64,000 nt of DNA from an uncultured Chloroflexia bacterium (GCA_963797095.1 CAWCNY010000004.1:192001-256000), one strand, 5' to 3'; shown: positions 37,863-48,631, counted from the stretch's first letter. Notes: generated by a model not told the origin, from the sequence alone. A program made the numbers and translations.

Positions 37863-40472
37863 TTAGCTGACGCTTGCGGGTTCGGTTTGGTGGGTGCGGA
37901 CGGGTTCTATGATGATGTGACCGCCTTTGGCGTCGAGTTGAACCGTGTCGCCGTCGTGGATGGTGCCGTCAATCAGCTTGATCGCCAGAGGGTCTAGGAG
38001 GCGGCGCTGGATCACTCTCTTGAGGGGGCGTGCACCGTAGACGGGATCGAAGCCTTCGTTGCCGAGGAAGTCCATCGCATCTGAACTGATTTCGAGTGTG
38101 ATGTGTCGCTCTTCTAGGCGGCGGCGCACGGTGGCGAGTTGAAGCTCAACGATCTGGCGTAGCTCTGCGCGCGTTAGCTGCTTGAAGATTACGGTTTCGT
38201 CTATGCGGTTGAGGAACTCAGGACGGAAGGCTTCATGCAGGGCTTCGTTGACGCGGCGGCGCATCTCGGCGTCCTGGGTTGGATCAAGCTCGGAGATGTG
38301 CTGCGAGCCGATATTGGAGGTCATAATGATGATGGTGTTTTTGAAGTCGACGGTGCGGCCCTGGGAGTCGGTCAGGCGGCCATCATCGAGGATCTGTAGG
38401 AGGACGTTGAAGACATCGGGGTGGGCTTTCTCGATTTCATCGAAGAGGACAACTGAGTAGGGTCTGCGGCGCACAGGTTCGCTTAGCTGGCCGCCTTCTT
38501 CGTAGCCTACGTAGCCGGGAGGGGCCCCTATGAGGCGGGAGACGGCGAACTTCTCCATGTACTCGGACATGTCGATGCGGATCATGGCATTTTCGTCGTC
38601 AAAGAGATATTCGGCGAGGGCACGCGCTAGCTCGGTCTTGCCGACGCCGGTGGGACCGAGGAAGAGGAAGGAGCCGAGGGGGCGGTTGGGGTCCTGGAGA
38701 CCGGCGCGGGCGCGGCGGACAGCGTTGGCGACGGCCGTGATGGCTTCGTCCTGCCCGATGACGCGGAGATGAAGGCGCTCTTCCATCTTGAGGAGCTTGG
38801 CTAGCTCGCCTTCGAGCATGCGCTCGACGGGCACGCCGGTCCAACGGCTGACCACGGCGGCTATGTCGTCGCTGTCTACTTCTTCTTTAAGGAGGCGCTG
38901 GCCGCTGGTGGTTCTGCCTTCCAGTTCCTGGAGGCGGGTTTCAAGCTCGCGAAGCTCGCCATACTGGATCTGAGAGGCGCGGGCGAAATCGGCGTTTCGC
39001 TGGGCGCGCTCTAGTTCGGCATTGGCCTGCTCGATCTTCTCCTTGATGTCGCGCACGCTTTTGAGGGCATCGCGCTCGGACTGCCAGCGGGAGCGTAACT
39101 CGCGGGCTTGCTCTTCTAGGTTGGCGATCTCCTTGTTGATCTTTTCGAGGCGCTCTTTGCTGGCCTGATCTTTTTCCTTGCGGAGAGCTTCGCGCTCGAT
39201 TTGCAACTGCATGGTGCGGCGCTCGACCTCGTCGAGGGCGACCGGCATGCTTTCGGCCTCCATCCGTAGGCGGGCGGCGGCCTCGTCTACGAGGTCGATG
39301 GCTTTGTCGGGGAGGAAGCGGTCGGTGATATAGCGGTTGGAGAGGACGGCTGCGGCGACGAGAGCGCCATCGGTGATGCGCACGCCGTGGTGGACTTCGT
39401 AGCGCTCGCGGAGGCCGCGCAGGATGGAGATCGTTTCGTCTACGGTGGGTTCGTCTACCAGGACGGGCTGGAAGCGGCGCTCCAGGGCGGGGTCTTTCTC
39501 GATGTGTTTGCGGTACTCGTCGAGGGTGGTGGCGCCGATGGCGTGTAGCTCGCCACGGGCAAGCATGGGCTTGAGCATATTGGAGGCGTCCATCGCGCCT
39601 TCTGCGGCTCCCGCGCCAATAACGGTATGTAGCTCGTCTATGAAGACGATGATCTCGCCTTCGGATTCGGCGATCTCTTTGAGGACTGCTTTGAGGCGTT
39701 CCTCGAATTCGCCACGGTACTTGGCACCTGCCACCATGCTGCCGAGGTCAAGGGCGACCAGACGGCGGTTCTTGAGACCTTCGGGCACGTCGCCTCGCAC
39801 TATGCGGACGGCCAGGCCCTCGGCAATGGCTGTCTTGCCTACGCCAGGCTCACCGATGAGGACGGGGTTGTTCTTGGTGCGGCGGAGGAGAACCTGGATT
39901 ACGCGGCGGATCTCATCGTCGCGGCCAATTACGGGGTCGAGCTTGTTCTTGCGGGCAAGCTCCGTGAGGTCGCGACCGTAGCGTTCGAGGGCGGCGTATT
40001 TGCCTTCGGGGTTGGGGTCGGTGACGCGCTGTTTGCCCCTGATCTGGGTGAGGGCGTTGAGGATTTTGTCGCGGGTGACGCCCAGGTCGCGTAGGATCTT
40101 GGAGGCGGTTGATTTGTCGGAGTCGTCGGCGAGGGCAAGAAGGAGGTGCTCGGTGCTGACGTAGTCGTCCTTCATGGAGGTTGAGGTGCTTTCGGCGCGT
40201 TTGCCCACGTCATTGAGGGCACCTGAGAGGTAGGATTGGGACGAGCCGTAGACTTTGGGGACGGCGTCCAGGGCGGAGCGGACGCGCTCCATGAGTGCGC
40301 CGAGGTCTATGCCCATGCGGGTCAGGAGTTGGGGGACGACGCCTTCAGGCTGCTCGGCGAGGGCGGCGAGAAGGTGGATCGGCTCGATCTGATTGTGGTT
40401 GGAGTCTTCGGCTATCTGGCGGGCTGTAAGGACAGCCTCCTGTGCTTTTTCTGTATATTTTTGTAGGTTCAT
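37863..40472 (-). CDS. clpB: ATP-dependent chaperone ClpB
   Basis: Two AAA modules ([16 protein letters not shown]), middle coiled coil, [14 protein letters not shown]; start [10 protein letters not shown] with GGAGG RBS. Confidence 0.97.
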   Translation of the reverse strand: MNLQKYTEKAQEAVLTARQIAEDSNHNQIEPIHLLAALAEQPEGVVPQLLTRMGIDLGALMERVRSALDAVPKVYGSSQSYLSGALNDVGKRAESTSTSMKDDYVSTEHLLLALADDSDKSTASKILRDLGVTRDKILNALTQIRGKQRVTDPNPEGKYAALERYGRDLTELARKNKLDPVIGRDDEIRRVIQVLLRRTKNNPVLIGEPGVGKTAIAEGLAVRIVRGDVPEGLKNRRLVALDLGSMVAGAKYRGEFEERLKAVLKEIAESEGEIIVFIDELHTVIGAGAAEGAMDASNMLKPMLARGELHAIGATTLDEYRKHIEKDPALERRFQPVLVDEPTVDETISILRGLRERYEVHHGVRITDGALVAAAVLSNRYITDRFLPDKAIDLVDEAAARLRMEAESMPVALDEVERRTMQLQIEREALRKEKDQASKERLEKINKEIANLEEQARELRSRWQSERDALKSVRDIKEKIEQANAELERAQRNADFARASQIQYGELRELETRLQELEGRTTSGQRLLKEEVDSDDIAAVVSRWTGVPVERMLEGELAKLLKMEERLHLRVIGQDEAITAVANAVRRARAGLQDPNRPLGSFLFLGPTGVGKTELARALAEYLFDDENAMIRIDMSEYMEKFAVSRLIGAPPGYVGYEEGGQLSEPVRRRPYSVVLFDEIEKAHPDVFNVLLQILDDGRLTDSQGRTVDFKNTIIIMTSNIGSQHISELDPTQDAEMRRRVNEALHEAFRPEFLNRIDETVIFKQLTRAELRQIVELQLATVRRRLEERHITLEISSDAMDFLGNEGFDPVYGARPLKRVIQRRLLDPLAIKLIDGTIHDGDTVQLDAKGGHIIIEPVRTHQTEPASVS

Positions 40473-40515
40473 AGGGGATTGGACCTCCGAAAGGTGAGGT
40501 AGTTTGATATGATCT

Positions 40516-40547
40516 ATTGTACCATAGTTGAGTATGGTGTTGTCAAG
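40516..40547 (-). promoter_or_regulatory. clpB promoter overlapped by a HAIR-like (HspR) operator
   Basis: Minus strand CTTGACA-N7-ACTCAAC (consensus CTTGAGT-N7-ACTCAAG), then extended -10 TGGTACAAT. Confidence 0.6.
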
Positions 40548-40616
40548 GTTTGGGTTGGCTTTGACAAAACCTATCTTCAAGTTCCTTGGGAATAGAAAGG
40601 TGAAAGTTCTCAAAGA

Positions 40617-40704
40617 CCCCACCCCAACCCCTCCCCAAATCTTGGGGAGGGGCTTTCTAGAAAGAGCTTGCACGCCTGCGAAGCTGCAACTGATATTCGG
40701 GATG
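40617..40704 (+). repeat. composite REP-like repeat, copy 2
   Basis: CCCCACCCCAACCCCTCCCCAAATCTTGGGGAGGGGCTTTC ... TTGCACGCcTGCGAAGCT ... GGGATG. Confidence 0.75.
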
Positions 40705-40814
40705 GCTCATGTCTTAAAGCCGGAGCTTACGCGTGCGAATCTGAAGCGTGCAGTCGTGGCAATCGATACTCAGGCGGAGTTTTGCCGATCAATCTTGGGC
40801 CAGGAAATCTTGGG

Positions 40815-41549
40815 CTACACTTTCAGGGCTTCTTTTTGGAGTTGTAGGAGTTGGCCTATGCCTTTGTTGGCCAGGGAGAGTAGGTCTTCCAGTTCTTCGC
40901 GGGAGAAGGGTTTGCGCTCGGCTGTGGCCTGGACTTCTACCAGGTAGCCTGCTTCGGTCATTACTACGTTGCAGTCGGCCTGAGCGCGGCTGTCTTCGCT
41001 GTAGTTGAGGTCTAGCATGGGGACGCCGTCGATGATGCCTACGCTGATGGCGGCCAAAAGCTGGCGGAGAATGGGAGGGCCGTTGCGTGGGAGGACGTTG
41101 TTGGCTTTGAGCTTGTTGATGGCGAGGCCGAGGGTCACGATTGCGCCGGTGATTGAGGCGGTGCGCGTGCCGCCGTCGGCCTCGATTACATCGCAATCGA
41201 CGGTGACGGTGCGCTCGCCGAGGGCGGAGAGGTCTACGACGGCGCGAAGGGAGCGACCTATGAGGCGCTGGATCTCCTGGGTGCGGCCCTGGGGACGGCT
41301 GCCGGCAGTTTCGCGCTGGCTGCGGGTGGGGGTAGAGGAGGGGAGCATGGAGTATTCGGCGGTGACCCAGCCCTTGCGGGTTCCGACCATCCAGCCTGGG
41401 ACTTTTTCATCGACGCTGGCGGCGCAGATTACTCGGGTGCGGCCACATTCGATGAGAACGGAGCCTGCGGGGAATTGCTGGAAGTTGGGGGTGATCTTGA
41501 CGGGCCTCAATTCGTCAGTACGTCTGCCGTCGATGCGTTCGATGTTCAA
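40815..41549 (-). CDS. rph: ribonuclease PH
   Basis: RIDGR...LRP, GWVTAEYSMLP, GRTQEIQRLIGRSLR, ADGGTRTASITG, LDLNYSEDS. Confidence 0.96.
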   Translation of the reverse strand: MNIERIDGRRTDELRPVKITPNFQQFPAGSVLIECGRTRVICAASVDEKVPGWMVGTRKGWVTAEYSMLPSSTPTRSQRETAGSRPQGRTQEIQRLIGRSLRAVVDLSALGERTVTVDCDVIEADGGTRTASITGAIVTLGLAINKLKANNVLPRNGPPILRQLLAAISVGIIDGVPMLDLNYSEDSRAQADCNVVMTEAGYLVEVQATAERKPFSREELEDLLSLANKGIGQLLQLQKEALKV

Positions 41550-41631
41550 TTTGGACTCCTTATTGTGTAGAAGTTTGGATGGTCACTGTGTAGAAGTTTG
41601 GATGGTCTGCCGGCGGGCAGGGTTGGCGAAC

Positions 41632-43170
41632 CTAGTATTCAGGTCTGATACTGCTCATGCGGCGAGAAGCGATAAGTGCGAGGGCGCTCACGGCGACTGC
41701 AATCACGAAAACTATTTCAAAGCCGAGCAAATCTATGAGAACGCCGCCGAGCACGGGGACAAAGATGACGATGCCGAGGATTGTATTGAGAAAGCCGACA
41801 TAGGTGGCGCGTTCGGCGGGAGGTGCGATTGTGAGCAGCATGTTGTTATTGACGATACGCGAGGCACCGAGGGCCAGGCCTGAGAAGATGAAGAGGATCG
41901 TAAAGGCCGAGAAGAGAAAGGTATTGTCTAGTACGCCTACAAAAAGAGAGAGGACGGTGGCGCTGAGAGGCACCAGAGCCACTGAAATGACCGTGAGGGT
42001 CATGAGCGTGCGGTTGCTGGCGCGGTCGGCGAGCGGGCTCCAGAAGAAGTTGGAGAGGAGCGACGAGATCGAGAGCGCGCCCAGATAGAGACCGACGGTG
42101 GCGGGAGGCGCGAATAATCGCTGCTCGGCGTAGACGACGTAAAAAGGGTCGGCGATGGCAGCTAAAGAGACGAGAACACGAGCGATCATAAACGAGCGAT
42201 AATCGACATTGGCGCGGTAGGCACGGATGCCGCGCCCGAAAAGCGTTTTGATGCTGACGGCGGGGATTGTCTGGATGGCGGCAGGCTCGCGCATGGAAGA
42301 CCAGAAGTAGACGCCCAGGCCGGCGACGAGGGCTGTAATACCAAACAGGAGGGCAAAGTTGTGGGGGAAGGAAAGGCCGAGGAACTGCTCGGATAGGATA
42401 AGTCCGATGGGACCGGAGGCGAAGAGGGCAAGAACGCCGCCCCAGAAGCTACGCTGGCCGAAGAACGCGCCGCGCCTGCGGGGGGAGATGGTCTTGCCGA
42501 CTATCTCCAACCAGGGGATGCCGGTGATGCCACCCGCGAAGGCGTAGATTGAAAAGGCGATGAAGAAGACGAGGAGTAATAGCACGGGCATGTTGGAGAG
42601 GAAGACAGTAGCGACCGCGAGCGCAATGAATGCGAGCACGCGGATAACGCCAGCGCGCCTGTACCAATGCATAACGCGAGGCATCCCCTGGACGATTCCG
42701 GCGGTCAGAATCTGTGGGAGAAACCACCCGCCAGCTAGGAGGGCAGGAAGGAGACCTACCAGCATATTGGGCGCACCCAACCGGCTGATGAAGAGAGCTA
42801 ACACAAGTGTAGGCGAGATGAGGGCATCAACCAGGGTGAACATGATGCCGTTGAGGACTCCGCGCCTGAAATTATAGGTGGCGTTGAAGGCAGCCTCAGG
42901 TGTAAGACCTTCGCGATAGCGAGTGGCGGCTTGGGGGTTGCGTATCGCCTTTCGGATGGTTGAGGGGAGGCCGGAGAGGTCGGGGAGTTGCGGGAGATGC
43001 TGGCGCATATCTCGACCGACGCGTTGTGCCCGCACGATGCCACGGCGAACCGGGATCGGGAGCGTGCGGGAGCGAGCGGAGGCGGTAGAGCGTTCGCGAC
43101 GCCCGGACGGTGCAGATTTGGCCGCAGCCCGGCGCACAGGGCGTGACTGATTGTTGTCGTCCAACGCCAT
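41632..43170 (-). CDS. MFS transporter
   Basis: about 12 TM segments; LADRAS and RRRGAFFG loop motifs. Confidence 0.85.
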   Translation of the reverse strand: MALDDNNQSRPVRRAAAKSAPSGRRERSTASARSRTLPIPVRRGIVRAQRVGRDMRQHLPQLPDLSGLPSTIRKAIRNPQAATRYREGLTPEAAFNATYNFRRGVLNGIMFTLVDALISPTLVLALFISRLGAPNMLVGLLPALLAGGWFLPQILTAGIVQGMPRVMHWYRRAGVIRVLAFIALAVATVFLSNMPVLLLLVFFIAFSIYAFAGGITGIPWLEIVGKTISPRRRGAFFGQRSFWGGVLALFASGPIGLILSEQFLGLSFPHNFALLFGITALVAGLGVYFWSSMREPAAIQTIPAVSIKTLFGRGIRAYRANVDYRSFMIARVLVSLAAIADPFYVVYAEQRLFAPPATVGLYLGALSISSLLSNFFWSPLADRASNRTLMTLTVISVALVPLSATVLSLFVGVLDNTFLFSAFTILFIFSGLALGASRIVNNNMLLTIAPPAERATYVGFLNTILGIVIFVPVLGGVLIDLLGFEIVFVIAVAVSALALIASRRMSSIRPEY

Positions 43171-43245
43171 CGTTCCTCTGAGCCTCGCGTGATTAGTGAC
43201 GCCGCCAAGGGACGGCGCAATTACCAGTCGTGTAATAGCGCGATT

Positions 43246-46200
43246 TTAGCCGTTTAGCGGCTGCATTTCGCCCCAGTTTTTGCCGTACTTCATTTCGATC
43301 TTTATAGGCACGGTCAATTCCATCGCACCTTCCATCGTGTCGCACACGAGGTCGCCCATGACCCGTAGCTCGGAAGAGGGAACCTCGAAGAGTAGCTCGT
43401 CGTGCACCTGCAAGAGCATTTTCGATGCGAGATTGCGCTGATGCATCCTGGCATCAAGCCTGTTCATGGCGATCTTGATGATATCGGCTGCGGTGCCCTG
43501 GACCGGGGCGTTGATCGCCATGCGTTCGGCCTGCTGGCGGATGCCGCCGTTGCGGGAGCGTAGTTCGGGCATATAGCGACGCCTGCCCAGGAGGGTGCTG
43601 ACATAGCCTCGCTCGCGACCTTCTTCGAGGGTGCGGTCCATGAAGGCACGGACGGCGGGGTAGCGCGACCAGTAAAGCTCGATGAACTTGGAGGCCTCGG
43701 CGGGGGAGAGACCGCTATCGCGGGCGAGACCGTAGCTGCCCATACCGTAGAGGACACCGAAGTTGATGGTCTTGGCGAGGCGGCGGGAGTCGGGGTCTAC
43801 CTGCTCAATAGGCACGCCCATCACCTCGGCGGCGGTGGCGGCATGGATATCGAGGCCCTGCTCGAAAGCCTCGATCAGGCGCTGCTCCTGGGCCATGTGA
43901 GCGAGCAGGCGCAACTCGATTTGCGAGTAGTCGGCGGCGAGGAGATAGCTTTCCTCGGTGAAAAGCTTATGAGGGCTGTTGTTGTCGGAGATAAATGCTT
44001 TGCGCACGTCGCGCCCGATCTCGGTTCTGATCGGGATGTTTTGGAGGTTGGGGTTGCTAGAGGAGAGGCGTCCGGTGGCGGCGACGGCCTGGTTGAAGTT
44101 GGTGTGAACACGGCCGGTGTCGCTCCTGACAAGGAGAGGAAGGGCGTCGATGTAGGTATTCTTGAGCTTGATAAGCTGGCGGTACTCTATGATGAGGTCA
44201 ACGACTGGGTGGAGGCCGCGTAGCTGGTCGAGCACCTCGCGGTCGGTTGAGTAGCCCTTCTGGGTGCGCTTGCGACCGGGAAGTTGAAGCTCTTCAAAGA
44301 GGACGCGGCCCAGTTGTTGAGTTGAGCCGATGTTGAAGGGATGCTTGGCTTCATTAAAAATATCCTGCTCCAACTCCTGGATTTTGCCGTGCATATCGGT
44401 CGACAGGCTCTGGAGCCAGGGCACGTCGATAGCGACGCCGACCAGCTCCATTGAGGTGAGAACGGGCACCAGGGGCATTTCGAGGTCAAGGAGAAGGGAT
44501 TCGAGGCCCTCACGCTGGAGCCAGGGGGCGTAGTAGTGGCGCAGACGCTCGGTGACGGCTACATCAGCTGCGGCGTAGTCGGCGGCAAGCTCGACGGGAA
44601 CGACAGCCATAGTGGTCTGGTTGCGGCCTTTGCCTATGAGGTCGGTGATAGGGGTCATCTGAACGCCGAGCTTGGTGAAACCGAGGTCTTTGAGGCCGAT
44701 GCTGGTTTCGCCCGCGAGATAAGCGGCAAGCATGGTGTCGTAGCCGAGGCCGGAGACGGGCATACCTGCACGGCGAAGGACCTTGATGTCGTACTTGGCG
44801 TTGTGAGCGTCCTTGATCACGCGCTTATCGGCCAGGAGAGGGCCCAGGATGGGGCGGACCTGATCGAGGGTCAACTGGTTGGTGGCGGGCTGCTCAAGGC
44901 CCGTTTCCTGGTCGGCAACCTGAGTATGCCCGACCGCTATGTAATAGGCTTCTTCAGGGATGCCATCGGGCACTGACGGCGCGATTGAGATGCCCACCAG
45001 ATCGGCGTCCATTTCGTCAGTGGAGGTGCTTTCGACGTCAATTACGAACCTGCCGTTGGCCTTGAGGAGGGCCACCAGCTTGTTCAATTGATTCTGGGTG
45101 CGCACAACGGTCACGCTGGCAGGCACGCCTGCGCGCACCCTGGCTTCACCTACGGGCGGCAGGGCAGGGCGGACCATGTCGGAACGCAAGCCGTCATCGG
45201 CGCGGAGAGAAGGCGGGGGAGTTGCCGGGGTGGGGGTTTCGTCGCCGAACATGCTCAGTTGGCGGGGCCTGCTACCGTCCGCCGGAGCAGGTGAAGGCGC
45301 GGCGGCTGCCGCACTGTCCGAGGTGGGTACTTCTGCTTGCTGCTCGCCTGATTGGGCCGCGATCACGGCCTCAAGCTGATCTACTTTGGGGAGGAGACTC
45401 CTGAATTCGAGGTCCTGGAGGAGGCGGAGAAGGAGCTGGCGGTTGAAGGGGCGGAGCTTGCTTGCTTCGAGGTCGAGATGGACATCGGCATCGCGCACAA
45501 TGGTTGTGAGGGTTTTGCTGCGGCGAGCCTGATCGGCGTGTTCCCGGAGGGTTTCGGCTTGCTTGGGCTTTAGCTCGTCAAGATGGTCGAGGATGGCTTC
45601 CAGGCTACCGTATTTCTGAAGGAGGGCGGAGGCGGTCTTTTCACCTATGCCTGGGACGTTGGGGATGTTGTCGGTCTTGTCACCGACCAGGGCTTTGTAG
45701 TCGGGGACGAGGTCGGGGCCGAAGCCGTAGCGCTCTTCTACGGCGGGTACATCGTAGATGCGGGCCTCGGAGAAGCGCTGAGCGTACCCGCCTGGCGCGA
45801 TCATGCGCACATGGTCGGAGATAAGCTGGTGCTGGTCGGTGTCGGCGGTGAGGATGTAGGTGTCGAGTCCCTCTTGCTCGGCCTGTTTGGAGAGAGTGCC
45901 GATAACATCGTCGGCTTCGTAGTTATCAAGCTCGGCAATTGGAATGCCCAGGACCTCAACAAGCTGGCGGACTCGACCGATCTGCTGGCGAAGGTCATCG
46001 GGCATAGCTGCCCGGTTGGCCTTGTAGTCGGTGGAGGCTTCGTGGCGGAACGTACGGCCCTTGTCGAAGGTGATGACCACATATTGAGGAGCCTGGTTGC
46101 GGATGGTGTCGAGCAGCATCTGGGCGAACCCGAAAACGGCATTGGTCGGCTCGCCGCGAGCGGTGCGAAGGTCGGGGGGGAGGGCATGATAAGCCCTGTA

Positions 46201-46308
46201 GACGAGTGCATGGCCGTCAACGAGCACAAGTTTAGGTGGGGTTGAGGTTGCGGTAGAAGCTGATGATCGGGTGTTTTCGGCGGCTCCGCCGGGTGCGGCA
46301 CTTGTCAC
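43246..46308 (-). CDS. polA: DNA polymerase I
   Basis: 5'-3' exonuclease (LVDGHALVYRAYHA, EADDVIGTL), TGRLSSSNPNLQNIP, ADYSQIELR, AKTINFGVLYG, QVHDEL. Confidence 0.97.
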   Translation of the reverse strand: MTSAAPGGAAENTRSSASTATSTPPKLVLVDGHALVYRAYHALPPDLRTARGEPTNAVFGFAQMLLDTIRNQAPQYVVITFDKGRTFRHEASTDYKANRAAMPDDLRQQIGRVRQLVEVLGIPIAELDNYEADDVIGTLSKQAEQEGLDTYILTADTDQHQLISDHVRMIAPGGYAQRFSEARIYDVPAVEERYGFGPDLVPDYKALVGDKTDNIPNVPGIGEKTASALLQKYGSLEAILDHLDELKPKQAETLREHADQARRSKTLTTIVRDADVHLDLEASKLRPFNRQLLLRLLQDLEFRSLLPKVDQLEAVIAAQSGEQQAEVPTSDSAAAAAPSPAPADGSRPRQLSMFGDETPTPATPPPSLRADDGLRSDMVRPALPPVGEARVRAGVPASVTVVRTQNQLNKLVALLKANGRFVIDVESTSTDEMDADLVGISIAPSVPDGIPEEAYYIAVGHTQVADQETGLEQPATNQLTLDQVRPILGPLLADKRVIKDAHNAKYDIKVLRRAGMPVSGLGYDTMLAAYLAGETSIGLKDLGFTKLGVQMTPITDLIGKGRNQTTMAVVPVELAADYAAADVAVTERLRHYYAPWLQREGLESLLLDLEMPLVPVLTSMELVGVAIDVPWLQSLSTDMHGKIQELEQDIFNEAKHPFNIGSTQQLGRVLFEELQLPGRKRTQKGYSTDREVLDQLRGLHPVVDLIIEYRQLIKLKNTYIDALPLLVRSDTGRVHTNFNQAVAATGRLSSSNPNLQNIPIRTEIGRDVRKAFISDNNSPHKLFTEESYLLAADYSQIELRLLAHMAQEQRLIEAFEQGLDIHAATAAEVMGVPIEQVDPDSRRLAKTINFGVLYGMGSYGLARDSGLSPAEASKFIELYWSRYPAVRAFMDRTLEEGRERGYVSTLLGRRRYMPELRSRNGGIRQQAERMAINAPVQGTAADIIKIAMNRLDARMHQRNLASKMLLQVHDELLFEVPSSELRVMGDLVCDTMEGAMELTVPIKIEMKYGKNWGEMQPLNG

Positions 46309-46423
46309 TGGTAGCTCCTCTCAAGGCCGGTTGGATATCTCTTATCTGTTAATTATACTTTAGCGCGTCGCTTGATTCCACTTGGGCAACGCCGACGGAA
46401 TAATGCAAAGTCCAGTCGAATAT

Positions 46424-46475
46424 GCCCGGCGAATAAGTTCGCGGGCTACACAAGCAAAGTCCGCCTGCGCGGACT
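46424..46475. repeat. REP-like double-hairpin element
   Basis: GCCCGGCGAA-taag-TTCGCGGGC plus TACAC linker plus AGTCCGC-ctgc-GCGGACT. Confidence 0.65.
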
Positions 46476-46679
46476 CACTACCGCGTAGTTGGGAGCATGT
46501 GGCCAGATCAGCTTCAATGAGTGGTCCAGTATGATCCGGGGGTGATTGCGAATCGTTGCACTCGTAGGTTGGTTGGTGATACAATACTGTGACTGTAAGG
46601 TTCCTGGCCGCGCCCTGCCGTGCCCTGACTTGCCTCACCGGCATGCTGTTCATCTCCAACAAGGAATTCGGAGGTTGCC

Positions 46680-48626
46680 TTGCTTCGACAACTTACCGGC
46701 AGTACGCGACGAGTATTTTCCCGCTCTGCTCTGTGCTCGATATTGCCTTTTGCCGCCATATTGATAGTGGCTTTGTTTCTTGCCGCGTGCGACGCGGACG
46801 GCACGCCCACCCCGATGGGGCCGACGGCCACGCCTGTGCCGCCTACCGCAACGCCCATACCACCATCGTCCACGCCGACACCGCGCGCTATCGAGGGGAG
46901 CGTCACCGATAGCTACTCAGGGAAACCGATCGCCAACGCTGAGATCGTGGCGGGTGGGGTGCTTACTGAAACAGGCACCGATGGCATGTTCTACTACACG
47001 GACGTGCCCTTGAACGCGAAGATCGAGGCGAAGGCGGGTGGGTATGCGCCGGTTGAGCTAGAGACCGGGATAATGAACAGGCTGGACATCAAGCTTCGAC
47101 CAAGCACTATCAGCGGGCGGGTGGTTGATGCAACCACCGGGCAGCCTCTTGCCAACGTACTGGTGAAGCTGGTGCTGCCTACGCCCGCTGCGGCTGTGAC
47201 CGCCACGCAGCCTCTTACTCCAAGCGAGACACTGACGCCGACTGAGGAGCTAACACCAATGTCGCCTACTACGGATACGCAGGCGCCGGGCAGGGTGCTT
47301 GCCGCGCCCCCGGCGGCTGCGACGACAGAGACGGTGGGTGCCACATCTACATCGGTGAAGGTGATCCCGAGTCCAACAGGGCCGACCAACACGCCAACGG
47401 AGACAAAGACGCCGCTGCCGCCTACCGCCACACCTACACCGAAGCCTATCCCTCCCGCGGGAGATGGGTTCGTCGCGGTGTACACTGACGAGGGAGGCAA
47501 CTACTTCTTCCAGGATGTGCCTGAGGGGGCATCGTTGACCTTCAAGATGCCGGGGTACAAGCTTACCAAAGTCGATCAGATCAACTCGGCGACGAAGGAT
47601 ATGGCGCTTGAGGAGTTCAAAGTCAACGCGATCTATATGACGGCCAACTGGGTGGCATCGCCCGACCTGTTCGAGGACACGCTGGATTGGGTGAAGGACA
47701 GCAGGATCAACGCCGTTGTGATCAACGTTCAGAATGACGCATCCGAGTGGGTGTTTGACACCCAGAACGAGGATGTGCTGGCGGCCGGGAACACCGACGA
47801 GTTTCTGACCAATATGGCCGATGTGGTGAAAGACCTCAAGAGCAGGGGGTTGTACGTCATTGCTCGAATAGTTACGTTCCAGCAGAAGACTATGGCCGAG
47901 AACAAGCCGGAGTGGGCCGTGTTGAGCAGCGTGACGGGACAGCCGTGGAAGGGCGGCTACGCGGCACAGCAGAAATGGCTGGATGCTAGCAACCCGGAAG
48001 TTCAGGACCACCTGGTGGCGATGACGAAGGAGATATTGCAGCTTGGGTTTGACGAGATACAGTACGATTACGTGCGGTTCCCTTCGGACCCAGCGCCTAG
48101 CGAACCGGGCGATATGGTGTTCGCGGCGGGACCAATAACCGATACCGGGAAGACGGCGGCCCTCAAGACGTTCCTAAGCAAGGCGTACGCGGTCATTCAG
48201 CCGAGCGATGCTTTCATGGATATAGACGTGTTCGGGTACAGCCTGTGGCCCGACCGCGACGGCGCACCGATCCTGGGAGTAATAGGGCAGGTGATCCCGG
48301 AGCTTATCGATGATACCGACTACATCTCTCCCATGATTTACCCATCCCACTTCAGTGCCGGAGAGCAGGGGTGTGACCAACCGGCACAGTGCGCGTACCA
48401 GCTTGTGCATAAGTCGGGCGAGTATGCGCAGAGGTTGTTCGCGGGGAAACGCACGAAGTACCGGCCCTGGCTGGAGGATTTCGACTGGCCTGGGGCGGAC
48501 TATACGAGTCCTGGGACAACCAAGGTGACGGACCAGATCAAGGCTGCCGCCGAAACGGGAGCCTGGGGCTGGATGATGTGGGACGCGTCGATTACTTACG
48601 AGCCTAGAAGCGCGTTTAACAAGTAG
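46680..48626 (+). CDS. lipoprotein: carboxypeptidase-regulatory-like beta domains, P/T-rich linkers and a putative glycoside hydrolase (DUF4015-like) domain
   Basis: lipobox LAAC; IARIVTF, GFDEIQYDYVRFP, DYISPMIYPSH, RPWLEDF, GWMMWD. Confidence 0.85.
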   Translation: MLRQLTGSTRRVFSRSALCSILPFAAILIVALFLAACDADGTPTPMGPTATPVPPTATPIPPSSTPTPRAIEGSVTDSYSGKPIANAEIVAGGVLTETGTDGMFYYTDVPLNAKIEAKAGGYAPVELETGIMNRLDIKLRPSTISGRVVDATTGQPLANVLVKLVLPTPAAAVTATQPLTPSETLTPTEELTPMSPTTDTQAPGRVLAAPPAAATTETVGATSTSVKVIPSPTGPTNTPTETKTPLPPTATPTPKPIPPAGDGFVAVYTDEGGNYFFQDVPEGASLTFKMPGYKLTKVDQINSATKDMALEEFKVNAIYMTANWVASPDLFEDTLDWVKDSRINAVVINVQNDASEWVFDTQNEDVLAAGNTDEFLTNMADVVKDLKSRGLYVIARIVTFQQKTMAENKPEWAVLSSVTGQPWKGGYAAQQKWLDASNPEVQDHLVAMTKEILQLGFDEIQYDYVRFPSDPAPSEPGDMVFAAGPITDTGKTAALKTFLSKAYAVIQPSDAFMDIDVFGYSLWPDRDGAPILGVIGQVIPELIDDTDYISPMIYPSHFSAGEQGCDQPAQCAYQLVHKSGEYAQRLFAGKRTKYRPWLEDFDWPGADYTSPGTTKVTDQIKAAAETGAWGWMMWDASITYEPRSAFNK

Positions 48627-48631
48627 CGATG

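Noticed and set aside
40473-40673. 67-aa N-terminal extension of the ClpB ORF
   Set aside because: It runs through the promoter/HAIR site and a REP-like repeat; the canonical start with GGAGG is at 40472.
45050-45360. Possible intein or insertion in polA
   Set aside because: It is a Pro/Ala-rich low-complexity linker between the exonuclease domains, with no intein terminal motifs.
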